A program made the position numbers and the translations under genes. From NCBI RefSeq assembly GCF_964204645.1, contig NC_134025.1, forward strand, positions 21,866,299-21,930,298: a stretch of 64,000 bases of DNA, given 5' to 3'. The notes below the pieces were generated by a model. The model was given only the letters and a program-made list of their open reading frames with translations, was not told where the DNA came from and searched no databases. Of this stretch, positions 12,587 through 46,300 are shown piece by piece; position 1 is the stretch's first letter; the number at the start of each line of letters is the position of its first letter. This stretch comes from Tubulanus polymorphus. Its lineage: Eukaryota > Animalia > Nemertea.

Positions 12587-15500
12587 ATGTTTAAAAGAAA
12601 ATTAGAGGCGCTCAATTATCACACACCCGATAACGTCAACGTTAAAGGTAAGCCAAGCAAAGTCACCTGCACTGCCTCCGGGTCCGACGACGTCACTGTC
12701 TGAGACGGGAGTCGGTAGACCGGCACCGTCCTTCGCCTCCGGCCTTCTGGCTTCTGTTAATTAAACCACCACGGCACCAGCCAGTACCAATATCACCTGA
12801 CTGGTCTAAGTTATTGGCGCTCAAACTGTTACCACTCTTCGATGTCAATAATAAGAAATGGCAAATATAACCTTAATTCAAAAATCGAACAGAAGAAATT
12901 ATTTCATTGGTAGGGTAAAATTTAGCTTGTCATAAGTATGGGTACGAGTTGGCGCCACAGGGGCTTGTATTTGAAATTTGGGGGTGAACTGTAGCTTAGA
13001 TCATCCAGTATCCCTGGTACTATATTCTTTTTATATATATAGTACCAGGGATACTGGACGATCTATGCCACAGTTCACCCCCCAAACTTCAAATACGAGC
13101 CCCTGTGGTTGGCACCAAATGCAGTATGATTTTACCAGGTAAGAACTACTGTCAGCTCGGCTGAACCTTACTCCGGTATGTATCTCATCTACTCTTCACC
13201 GGAAGATATGTAAGTTGGCATTTATCATTTCAGATGAAAAACAGTTCAAGAGTCTGATTGTATGGTTAGAAGATCAAAAAGTCCGTTTTTACAAAATCGA
13301 AGATCGGGAGTTTTTGAGGAACACCGAAAGTGATGACTGGAATAAAGCATTTCTAACGGTAAACTTGAGTCATCTAATTCTCTTAAACGTGACCACGAAC
13401 ACCAGATAGTTTTGGTAATCCTTTTCATTCCGTGATACTCGTTTGTTGATGACAGTGACCTAGTCCTTGTTGTCATACGCTTTTATAGTCGGACAAGGGC
13501 TTAAAGCCAACCATGGTTTCAGAACCATCATCAGCTACTTTATTTTCACCTTATTTGACATGTTCCATGTAATTACCCGTGATGACGGTGATTATTCAAA
13601 TACCATTGCTTTAGCACTTCTTCGCCCATGACTGCATCTCGGTGACTGCTGATTGACGTAAAGGATTTTATCTCGGGTAATAGCGGAATGCGGCCTAGCT
13701 TTATCCATCTTGAATCGTTGTTATTATTTGCGTTGCAGTACATTCAAGACTTGTCGTGTCCGTACAACCCGGCTGATCGTTCAGCTGTATTAGACTGGCT
13801 GTTAGGTTACGCGGTTAAATTAGAATATGGAGATTCTGGTGAGTTTACAGGTGCAGTGACCTGTGCAGCCCCTAAGGCTCTCACTGTTACCTTCATTTAA
13901 CTATACTTCCTTTTTCTTTGCTGTCAACATTCACGTAAATGTAAGTTAAATGAAAAATAAATTATTATCATTATCAAAACAAGAAACGGGCATCGCTGCT
14001 ATTTGGAACTAATGCGTCAAACTTCAATTGTCGACAATAATTTCAATTCATAAGAATTGCTGAATAATTTTTTATTTTTCAGTGGACAAATACAAAAGTA
14101 TGTCAGCGGATAAGTTCACCGAGGAACAAAAGAAAGAAGCCATTTCGAAATCAACAAATCCTCTTGATGCTTTAGATTGTAAGTATCCAAGGCCTACTCT
14201 TACTGGGCATGCTGGCAGTATATTCAATTCTACATAGAAATATGGCCTTCCTCCATCGCAGTGCAGGAGAATCAACCCGTTTAACAGTTTTTGAACATGC
14301 CTCACAGAGTTGACCTCACTTTTTTAGTTGAAGGTCCTGATTTTAAAGCTGGTGTGGCATCCTTGGCTCAGCTTTTAAAAGTACCCCCGCACACCGATCA
14401 TAAAGAAGTACTTAAGGTAATTGAGTATATATGTTATTCAGAACCGAGTTTGACAGTTGTGAATTAAGTTTGACTGTGACTGGTTCCTTGTTGATTAGAT
14501 GCAGTTCTTTGGGCGAGTATTGTTCAGTTGCCTCATGCTTTTGTTTTAGGCGATATGTTTATTGATAAAAGAAAAATTCAATAAAGATGAAATGGATAAA
14601 GCTGGAAAATCATATGATGGCAAGGTAAGGGTGGTGGAATATGCATTTCATTACATTTCAATGAGACAACTAGGCTGTAGTTGCGATTGTGCCCAAGTCA
14701 AACTGGCCCAGATCAGACCTGAGAAAAATTTGGCCCATGCCTCCCGTAATTTAGAGAATGCACAAATCACTCACTTGTTACTAACATGCCACAACACATA
14801 AGAATACAATTGAACCTCGTTAATTTGATTCTGTTTCAGAAGAAATCCGCTTATTACGATGTTTTCCAGCCTGTCCCAGCTAAGATATTTATATCAACCA
14901 AGATTTGGACAATATGAAACCTGTTTACTATGACAATTTCACTTTAGCCCACGAGATTCGTATTTACGAGGTTCCACTGTAACATCATTTTACGGTCACT
15001 GTGTTGCCCTCTAAAGGATATAGGTGTAAACTGTTCACAAGTTTATTACAGTGGAACCTCGTTATAATGAACAAACGGATACAACAAATATAGAATTTCG
15101 TCCCAAGCACCGTATTATGATTTCATACTGGATATAACAAACATAATATCTGGTCCAGTGAAGTCGCTGTAACGAGGTTCCTCTGTAGTAACTGCTATGT
15201 GGAAAATGCTTCGTGTCTTGTGGTATATAAAAGCTATACCGGTAACTGTAGAGCAACTTTTTGTCTTTTTTCAGATCGAATGTATACCATTGGATAAAAC
15301 CGATTTAGGATTCGATGCAGGAGGTAGGTTGAGCTGTTAATCAACATACAATGATGAACTAATGTTTGCCTTCTAGTTATTCTACGTGATATACACACTG
15401 AAATTTGGCCCATATTGTTGATCATCAAGTAAAAAACTATGATTTTTAGCCCACCTGGGACTAGTTCACCAATTATTATTCCGCTAGGACACTATAGACC

Positions 15501-16363
15501 GATTGCGCATGACAGTATAGTATAGTTTGTTTGCCTGTCAGTGGTTGGAGACTGCCATACATAACAACAATAATAGATGATTTAGGTTATAATGTACAAA
15601 TTTGGGGGATCTGTCTTGTAAATCTTACCATTGCAGGGCTCATAACAAGCAGTCCTTGAAAGTTTTGAAATGGGAATGGGTCAATTCAAGGCCTTTAGTA
15701 TCATGGCATGGGCTCTAAAATCCTAAAATCATTGTCATGTTCCTTGAATGGAATCTGCCTTACCAGGCGAGAAGCTTTTGGACACGTATCATCTGTGGTG
15801 TCAGTATATCGGATGATGATATTGTTAGGTCCTATGGTTACTATGAACCCAGCCATTGTATCGACCATCAATATGGCATCAGTCACATGGTAAAAGCACA
15901 TTGGGTGCAGGGGTGGATCTATGAAAATTAGAAGGTCGGGGTCTAGAAGAAGATTTCTCATTTCTCATATAGAGCAGCTGTGTCAAAGGCAACTTTTGGG
16001 GCTTCACCCTCCTAAAAGATGCAAATTCCCAGAGTATGAGTATCAAATTCATAGGTTTTATTTATCTCTGTCTTTGAGGAAAGGGCGACCTCAGTGGGAA
16101 GGCAGGGGTCCAGACCCCCGAGACCATCCCCTAAATCTGCCTCTCGGCTACAATGGGTCTATTGGCGCTGAAAGGATTTAACGTTCATCTGTTTCGTTTG
16201 ATTTTCAGATAATGTGAACAACGAAGCCGCCAAAATTCTACGTCTGTTACATATCAAAGAACTGAGAGACTTGCAAAATCGAATAAACCAGGCGATCGTC
16301 GAAGTGCAGGCGATGACTGCGAATCCGAAAACCGATCAACGATTAGGAAAGGTGGGCCGATGA
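12587..16363 (+). CDS. RTRAF: RNA transcription, translation and transport factor (C14orf166/CGI-99; tRNA ligase complex subunit), 8 exons
   Basis: Exons 12587-12647, 13234-13358, 13739-13838, 14083-14178, 14328-14416, 14550-14624, 15275-15323, 16209-16363. Reads MFKRKLEALNYH...LIVWLEDQKVRFYKIEDR...LDWLLGYAVKLEYGD...FKAGVASLAQLL...LRLLHIKELRDLQNRINQAIVEVQAMTANPKTDQRLGKVGR*, matching the recalled family termini. Confidence 0.95.
12956..13107. mobile_element. MITE, near-perfect hairpin with ~8-bp TSD (hAT-like)
   Basis: CACAGGGGCT...AGCCCCTGTG with ~70-bp inverted arms; flanks GTTGGCGC (12948-55) and GTTGGCAC (13108-15). Confidence 0.8.
14807..15185. mobile_element. Two adjacent Tc1/mariner(pogo)-like MITEs (14807-14979, 15049-15185)
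   Basis: TA-flanked CAGTGGAACCTCGTTA ... AACGAGGTTCC(A/T)CTG ends; related fragments near 10664 and 17190-17360. Confidence 0.65.
15908..16143. mobile_element. CAGGGGCGGATC-type MITE (relatives at ~2460, 45262-45488, 62541-62830)
   Basis: CAGGGGTGGATCTA ... TAAATCTGCCTCT ends, with internal GGGGTCCAGACCCCC motifs. Confidence 0.5.
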
Positions 16364-18567
16364 ATTCCGCCGGAACATATTCGACTAGGGACGATTTTGT
16401 GAAATGTCGATTTTCTGTGAATCTTGTTACGCCTTATCTTGGTTGGTAGCGGTCGCGGGAGGTTTTTAAGATTTTTTGCTCAAATAGTGTTCGAATTCGA
16501 TGATAGTTATGAAAACTACTTAAAAATGAAAATGGTGACGTCGATGTGCGGTCAATCCCTGATATAACCCCCTCCCCTAGTTTTTTTTCCTGAGAACAGA
16601 ACATCTGTATTCTGTCTAGGAACTAGTCAAAATTATTACCTCTGAGCGATATACCGCCATACTCTCTATACCACACGAAATCCTAAATCACCAACGTTGG
16701 CGATATATTGCGGGTTGACTGTATGTACTTATTAAATTGTAGGGTTAGCATCTCTCCACTTGCCGTATTCACTGTCAAATACTCATCTGATGCGGTCTTC
16801 ATTCCATTAATTTTCTTAATTAATAGCATGTTCAAGCTCTTGCTTTGATGTCACTTGAAAGGACTGCCTTTTCAAATGGCGATTATCAGCTACATCGTGC
16901 TAGTGGTCGGAGGGCGAAATCTGTAATCTCAACTGATAAAATAATAATCTATGTCCTCATCCATTTATTATGGCTTTCCACAATATAATGTGCTTACCAG
17001 TATTCATCAAGTATTTAATAAATTCAATCGCAAAGTATTTTTTAATGCAGCAAACTCCGCCTTAGTCTTGATCTTGATGGTTACGTCGAGTAATCTTTAA
17101 GAGGCATATGATGATGGGAAGTCGGTAATGTTGGGACTGTATATTTCAGTTACTGGAAAAAATTTAGAATCTAGGGAATAGAAGGTTTTACAGTCAAAGA
17201 CCACTTAATTCGGGTCTGTTTAAATCCAGATTTTGATCTAACCACGATAATATTTAATGTTTCATCTATATACATAAGAAGAATATTGATGTTTAACCCG
17301 GATTTCTGATAAATCTGATGAAAGTCCCATTATCCAAAATTAAGTGGGTTCTACTACTGTATAAATGAATATTAGTAAATTCCTCAAAGTCGGACTACGG
17401 TAAGTGACTGGACTAAGGCGGTGTCTACTGTATATTGAAGCAGCTCAGGTCCGCATAAATAGCAATACGATAGTCGACAAAAGATCTTTTATGTATTCAC
17501 ACCTGGTCCTCGGGGCCAAATAAGCTTTTGACCCCGACTGAAATGTTCATACATGTATCCAGTATTTCTGTACACCCTTCACTGATCATTGTGCCGCGTT
17601 TCAAAAATGCCTTGAACAATTTATCATCTTATAAATGATACTAGAAATGATACCAAAAAAAACATTAAAGATCAATAAAAAGAAGATATAATTACAATCA
17701 ATCGTGTATTTTATTGTTTGTGTATTCCATGGTTTTCTCGTAAATAAGCGAATATAAGGTATTTACAGATTATGAACTGATTCTCGAGTAAATTGATACT
17801 TTTTATTTACAGTGAGTAGTCATTTGACAGTATCTATCTGCTGCCTGGACCTACCCGCCCTTATCACAATTTTTCAATGTTTAACTGCCCTCCAGCTAGG
17901 CTTTGCATGTGTTCAGGACTGTACCATCGTACCCAATTAATTGCATTTAGATTCTGCTTCCGAAAACTTTATTTTCGGAAATATGCAACGCTTATTTCGC
18001 TGTGGACTCGTAGCCCGCATACACCATCATAAGGTGCTGCCCCTACGGCCATCGTTAACGGATTTTTTATACACTATAAGATCGACTCTGGCAATCGACG
18101 TACTGCGTTTAGCGGTTGATTGCCAGAGTCCGCTAACCACGAGCATTGCGGCAGCACCTTATGGAGGCAGTTCGCTGGTTGCCAACCGACTGTGATGCGA
18201 CGTACTGTGATGCGACGTGCAGTGACTGATCGCGTCTAAGAAAATAGAACATGTCCCCCACTCGTTGCAGTTTTAAAAGGAACAGCAACTGCGTCGCTAG
18301 CAGTCCCTCTGCATCGTAAGCTCGGCCTTATCACCACTCTCTCAAAAAGATCTCCCTGGCATCACATTTAGAATTGCGATTGTCTTGGGATGGCTCCAGG
18401 CTACAAAAATCGATGCCTGCCTATAATAGCTTTTAATGATATGATTAAGTCTTACGTGTACGTACACTCAATTGTGTACATTTCATTCTGATATGTAAAT
18501 TTCGATAATCGGTGGAAATTTGTTGTGCTCTCATTTCGTTATACGTATGTAATTCGATTATTGATTT

Positions 18568-39444
<20,877 letters not shown>

Positions 39445-39713
39445 TTTCTGATCGTAGGATACACCGAAAAGTGATATCCGTTCGTTTCGTCCCAACGCTA
39501 AACGAGTAACTCGGTCAAACTCCGCGCTCTCTACTCGCAAACTACGCGGGAAAATATTCCTTTTGTCGAAATAGAAAAGATTCTTAGCTTACAATATATA
39601 CCTAGCGGTATAAACATGAACCACTTATATGTATCACGGATTTACTACAAGATTCTGGAAACTATAGAATCTTTTCTATTTTTGAAAGAGCATGCCGTTA
39701 CCGTCGTGTACGT

Positions 39714-41986
39714 ATGCCTACCAATGGTAAGTAAGCAACAGTCCAACAGAAATAAGACTTATTTACTGATCAACTTTAATATGTGTCAAACAAAATGTGA
39801 TTGGCCTATCGCAGCACGTAGGGCTTACTTAAACTGATAAGTCTATACATATATACAGATTTGATCGCTTTTAATAATACGATATGAGCGCTATTAACTT
39901 TGCGGATAACAGAAACAAAGAACGCTCTAGAAATAATAAATACCAGATCAGCGAGAATGATAATCGGGGACTGTTCTCGTCAATGGAATGATTATTCTGT
40001 GATTGGTTTGTTTGTTTTCTAAAAAGAATTGGTACTCAAAGTCTCGAATTGATACTCAAATTCCACTGAACCCTTGACTCTCAGGAATCTCGACAATAGC
40101 CGCAAATATGCATTCTATAAGTGAATGTTTAAATGCTACGGACACTGTTTATTCTATTAGTATGTACTGTATTATTCATCTATGAATTGGTCGGTTTTCA
40201 AGGTTACAGAATCCAGGGTAACCGGCAGAACAACCGTTTCTACGGTCGAGAAAAAATGTCACAACGCCAGGAGCAAAGTTTCTTGCAGAGAAATGCCGAC
40301 CGCACTACTTGTAGGGTATGTGGTCGTATGAATAGTATCATATTCATTTCGACATGCTGTCAGAAGCGTGTTTGTCCAACGTGTACGGTTGGGACGGCAG
40401 ATGGGGGTTATTTGTGCCATAGATGCCGCGAATCTGTTTCTCTGACCACTGAAGACATCGTTAACAGAAGAATCGGCGTGAATTGGAGAGACATTTGGCG
40501 GTACAATCTACCCGATCACAGAGGATTTCTAGAAGCCGGTAAATCTTCAATCCGTCTTAAAAATCTAACTTCTTTAAATCTAACCTTTCATGTTGACTGA
40601 TAGTTTATTCAAAATCTCTTTTTCAGATCGGCCACAATCGGGAAGCGAAGACGCATTTCACGAACTAGTAGGCAATATAATATCTAGACCCCAGACGAGA
40701 GCGCAGTCTAGGGGCCTGTCAATGCAAATACTTAGACCCTGCCGTTCAGCCCAAGGCGAACTTCATCCAAAAGCACATCCTTCGGTTATTCGTACAGTTT
40801 CGGAACATCGCCCGAGGCCGCCTTCTCCGCACCCGAATTCTCTAGAAACAGATAACTATCGGTCGGCAACGCCGGCTAATATCGCATCAGGAGCCGGCCA
40901 ACGCACCAGACACCAACGCCGGTCGAAATCGATTCGTAGCCCATTACATCGAGCAAATACCGTCATGTCTGGCGCTAAAGACAAGCACCAGCGCCATCAA
41001 CGTCCCGTCGATAATAACAGCTCCAGAACGGAAGTATTATCCACGAATGTCCTGTCAACTTCGGGCTATGGGGCGAGTGCTAGTCATGCGTCGGTGTCCG
41101 AAACAAGAGCATCCCAGTTAGTAAAATGTAATCGATTAGACAATATGGGCCTAGTTGTCTATTCGTCAGCACAAGGCGACGAAGACGAGAACAGTCGCCC
41201 GTCAACTGAATATCTAATCGAAGAGGATATGGTCGACAACAGGCCATTGTCATCATCGGTATCTGACAGAGAATCGAAATCGTCTGGTAGCGATATAGAA
41301 CGCAATACGTCTCCAAATAAAAGTATATCTTTTCTCTCTCCTCGCAAGACACTTACCCGGTATCAGAGGCGTCATTCTAAAAGGGGACCAGAATTATTAC
41401 AAGCGGGACTATATGCCATACTTCGCGCCGTATCTGCCGATGCCGGAGGCAAACCAGCTTTTCTGAATTCCCGAAATTGCTTGAACGTCCTAAATAGTCT
41501 TTAATTTTCTAAAAATCCAAGCTTGAGGGGGGGCATTTTTGGAACTTTAAAGGCAAAATATTTATGAAATTTCCGGAATGTGAAAAAACAGAATTTGGTA
41601 CTTAAAAAGTGCGGAACTTGGATTTAAAAAGGGGTCGTCTGCACCCCTCGAACCTCCTCTGGCGACGCCCATGGTTGGTTATCATATCAAAAGACACCGA
41701 TAATGCGATATGTTTCAATAGTGTGCACACATGTTGCGAGCAGAGTGAATCTTTCAGTTTCCATTTCATTCCGACAGTGACTCGACCATCAAACCGCCAA
41801 GGCTGGGTATCGCAAATCCACCATAGTATAACATCTCAAGCAGAGTCGGACACAGATCTGGACGAATTTGGCGATGATGATGACGATGAACCGATAGAGG
41901 GGCCCGGATTCGGCAGTGATAATGACGACCTGGAGGTCATCGATGAAGTTATGACCAATGACGAGGACTTTTGGGACACGAAGTAA
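39714..41986 (+). CDS. Uncharacterised protein: N-terminal C4C4 RING-like motif, long Ser/Arg/Pro-rich low-complexity middle, acidic C-tail (~410-440 aa)
   Basis: Proposed exons 39714-39726 (tentative; G|GTAAGT donor), 40203-40538 (alternative start ATG 40256), 40627-41359, 41758-41986; joined length 1,311 nt, in frame. Motif CRVC-x11-CC-x4-CPTC-x10-CHRC at 40310-40426; tail DTDLDEFGDDDDDEPIEG...DEDFWDTK*. The first exon and last intron boundaries are uncertain. Confidence 0.6.
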
Positions 41987-42963
41987 AATATCAATAAAAA
42001 ACTATCCTAACAATGAAGGCCTACGTAATTTAGTTGTCATCCTGTTCAGTGTAAAAGTAGAAAATAAAACCTTATCCGTTCAGCAGGGCACGAAGTTTTA
42101 CTTTATGATTGATTAAAGTGTTATTCTAGAACTGCTGAGTAGTAATGCGTCACTTCCGTCCACCCAACGGAATCGTGGGAGTCAACCGACGGTCAGTTTG
42201 ATACCACTTAATAATGGATCAGTATAACATCGATGGCAATCTATACATGATGTTATGTTAAAGTCCATGATGGTTAAACGAGTCCAAGTTTTATCGCAGA
42301 CGTATCGAGTTGATGTCGTATCAATTGACATGCCCGGAGGATAAAAATACTTCAGTGCAGTATAGATATAGATGCGTCCATACTGGAGTGTAATGATAAA
42401 TGCCACGGCATATCTTCAAAGCTAAGCCCACACTCCAATAACCGATAAAGTAGATTCACATGGAAAAAGATCAGTGCTGCAATTGATTTTACATTGATTT
42501 CTCTTTATACATAGCTGCATCGCTCTTTATTTTCATTTAGGTATATATATATAATAAATACGTTATGTACGCGTGTGGGTTTATAAAACACAAAGCTGCT
42601 TTTTAGATAATATCGCTCGTTCGCGAATAGGTCTGGCACATTTCACAAAATGGCTCCGTTCCCTTAGGGGATTTGTGCGGATTTTGGCGGGACGCTGCCT
42701 CGAACCGATTAGTGGTTATATTCATCCGATTGTTCGATGCGGTGGGAGAGGGCTGCTACGCAGATCAAAGTTACACCGAAGTGGAATTCGTATTTCCTTT
42801 TTGTGTGCATGGCTTTCCGTCGCCCTTCCAGATCGAAAATAATTTAGGATTTGCAAGCATTTGCAATTGCATAAACCATCAATCGCGCGGAGTCTGTTTT
42901 AATTGTTTTATAGATTTTGCGCTGACATTTGTGTAATTGAATGATATTTACTCTGGACTCTCG

Positions 42964-43103
42964 GTGAGTGGCACTGCCAGTAACGTCCGTAAACTGCGAC
43001 TGTGGAAGCATCATCTGTTACCAAGGTGACAGCACAATACTGGCTCAGGTGTGGTAATTTTAAAACAGAGCGCATGCGCAAAGGATACTCATTAATTTTT
43101 CAG
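42964..43103 (+). other. Putative 5' UTR intron of eag
   Basis: G|GTGAGT donor at 42964 and TTTTTCAG acceptor at 43103, 260 nt upstream of the eag ATG. It contains an NRF1/EWG-like GCGCATGCGC at 43070-43079. Confidence 0.4.
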
Positions 43104-43363
43104 ACTGACTATGCGGGGTAATTCACACATACAATAACGAGTTGAGCGTTCGAAGGCACATGTGTCGTGGTTATTTTCGCGTATATCTAATTTGCTGTTT
43201 GACGACGGATTTTAAAGAGCCGATTAAATATGAATTAATCGCGCGAAATTCATCATCAGTCAAGTCCCGCTCTGCGCGTAACGTATATACTTATCTGCGA
43301 GGAATATACTTATTGAAAAGCGGATAAACACACCCTGTGGGATTTGACCAGTCCGATGAAAAT

Positions 43364-46300
43364 ATGGTTGGTTCGAGAAGGGGTTTAGTCGCACCGCAAA
43401 ATACATTTTTGGAAAATATCATCCGACGATCGAACGGTCAACGTAAGTTTTTAGTAGTAATGTTTTCGGATAATGTGTGCTTCCATTTTCATTGGGAAAA
43501 ATTTGTACTATATTTTCGTAAAAAGCACTTGATAGTCAAACCGATGACGAGTTCTGAACTCTCTTTCGCAATCAAAGGCAACGCTCTCAAACATAATGTA
43601 TAATGTTTTTGTATAATGCCCTGATCGATGTATTTCAACAAGATTTTACCTCTTTCACTTTCACGCGGTTTTGGCTTACAATTACAGTGTTAATGAATAT
43701 ATTTTGAGTAAGCGTGATTTTCGGTTTACATATCAACCCACAACGCACCAACAAATTCAGTTAAACGACTGAAAAAATGTCGTATCTTCTTTGTCGTAAC
43801 TTGGAAATCGATGTGCGCAACACGCATGAAAACCTAAAAAATACGACGTTAAACGATTCTCGTTTGCGCCGTGGTAAATTTATCCATCGATGATCATTGT
43901 TTTCTTTACCTCTAAACGAAGCCTTTAAAAAGAAGATGCGCTTATTATTCAAAAGATGTATATGAAATTTGAAGGGTTCGTGTGCGGCGTTCTTTCGTAT
44001 ACGTCTATTGATCTTTCAGTTGTTTTTCTTTTTTTTGGAAACAAAACGTTTTGCGCGACTTCGTTTCCGAGACACTCCGTCGGCAGGTGCTTAAATATTC
44101 CGATGAATTGTACCGCTGTTATATTGACACATAAATAATATTATCCGGCATCGTGTTCTGTTACAGATGTATATAAACCGTACATGGAATTATTCAACTC
44201 GTTCTCATTAAAGTATCGGCTTTAAATATAAATCGATTGCAATCATCTGCATATGCCTATATTTATGTGATACGTACGATATTTTTAACAGCGCATATAC
44301 GCGTTCGTAAAAATTGCGTTAAAATCCCTCTAGTTAATTTGGCTTCATTCAAAAAAATATTAAATTACAATTCAATTCAATCCACAAACGAGAGAAATCC
44401 GACAATAAATCAGACTAAGATGTTAAGTTATCGAATAGAAGTGTATATAGATATTTTGAGCAACGTTTCGGCTAAAAACTAGCCATCATCAAAACGTCAG
44501 GGCCCGGCTTTATAGACTGATATTTACCTTTAACCGGGGCCTAACTAAAATGATACTGAATTGGGTTAACCCCCAGGTTAAAGGTATAATACCAGTCTAT
44601 AAAACTGGCCACGATGATGCCGAAGTCTTTCGCCGAAAGGTTGCTCGAAATATATGATTTACACTTCTATTCAAGAATTTTAGATCTTTGGCTGAATTAC
44701 TGTCGGATTCCTCTCGTACATTCATCTTACACGTATATATATTGTGTATCTTCTCTCGACTCATCTTCAATTCAACCTCCACTCGTTCCTTTTTATCAAA
44801 CATTATTTTAAGTGCAAAGCTATTAATTGAGCTATTATTCACGTTTTAAAAAAGTTCACCCTATGTATGCGTTATCATTAAATTCATAGCATATATGAAT
44901 ATTTCTATCGTTTATACATGTAAATATTGTGTGAATTCATATGTAAAGGTTTCGGTGCGCCTATAATTTTAATGGGCTGATCAAAACGTAAACAATACGA
45001 TCGGTGGCGACCACGTGGTCACTAAGATCAATTGTTTTTCAATTCATCGCGTTCATTTCACCGTTTAAATGCACTCGCTCGCATATGTTCATCCACGGAC
45101 AGCAGATGTTAGCTTTGAATAAAATATGAACAGATTCGCTGATATGTATAGATGATTAATCTAACTTTTTACGTTCTCTCTCTATATACGTAGCCTATGT
45201 AATCCAATAAGAGTAAAACTTATCATGCGCAATTCACTACCCCGCTCACAATGATGAAATATCAGAGGCGGATACACCCCTTAAAAAGTCAAGTTGCCCT
45301 GAAACTTTACGGGAAAACGAAAAATATTAAACTGATACCTTGAAAAAAGTTTATAAATTCATGAGCTTGTTCTCAGTATTTTCAAAATGTTTCCCGATGA
45401 GCTTTCTCCCCGCTGCCTTGTATATATGTGATATGCCCTAATTTGGGGGTGCACACCTCCCCGAATCAGACCCTAGATCCAGCCCTGAATATACACATGT
45501 ATACACGATGATCCCTTTCCAACGATACGTAACCTATCTTCGTTGGTTGGTTTAAAAAAAGATATAATGTTAATTATTTTGTCGTACGTGTATGTAGACA
45601 AATATTACTTAGAAATGGTGAAATTACACACGCCAACATGCAGCAAATAGCGAATTCACTGCGCACAGATGTAAACCAACTTTGTACGCAATTTGATTTG
45701 ATTTCAGCAAAGAGCTTAAGCTGCTTCCAATATCGGGCGATGCATTACTTATATGTAAGCGATATATTGATGTAAAGTGCGTCCATAATTGCATTGTGAT
45801 GCTGCATGATGTCCCTTCATATATATCTCTCAAAGTGATGACAACATTGTAGGTTTCATCTACAGTAATATATACGCCTCATTCGTCGAGTCCTTGTCAT
45901 TCCATTGTGCCGATAAATGTGTATCATCGATGTTGTGTCGACATTTCTCTCAACTCAATCAATTTATTTATTGTGACAGTCATGGATATCACATACGAAC
46001 GGGGATATGATATTTTGATTTGATACCTATCGCCGACATCGTTGTAGCGCATTGCCAAACATCGCAGTAATACACGCTGGCTACGGTATTTGCGTGTATA
46101 AATTTATGTCCGTATAAAAAATAGACGGTCGACCTTCGCGATAACTATCATAAGAATAATGGAAAATCGTTGTCCGCGGAAATTTTGTATGACTTGACAC
46201 TAAATTCGTTCTCTAAGCTATATCGCTGCGTGAACAAAATCGGAACAAAACGCAACGCTTCGTTTTCTGTGCGTGCGGATACGACAGGCACGGAATTACG

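Noticed and set aside
40133-40202. Hydrophobic signal-peptide-like start of the 155-aa ORF
   Set aside because: T-rich sequence ending in a TTTTCAAG acceptor; more likely intron than a signal peptide ahead of a Zn-finger.
41360-41504. C-terminal part of the 304-aa ORF
   Set aside because: It runs into repeat-like sequence; a phase-compatible intron 41360-41757 links better to the acidic final exon, though this is unproven.
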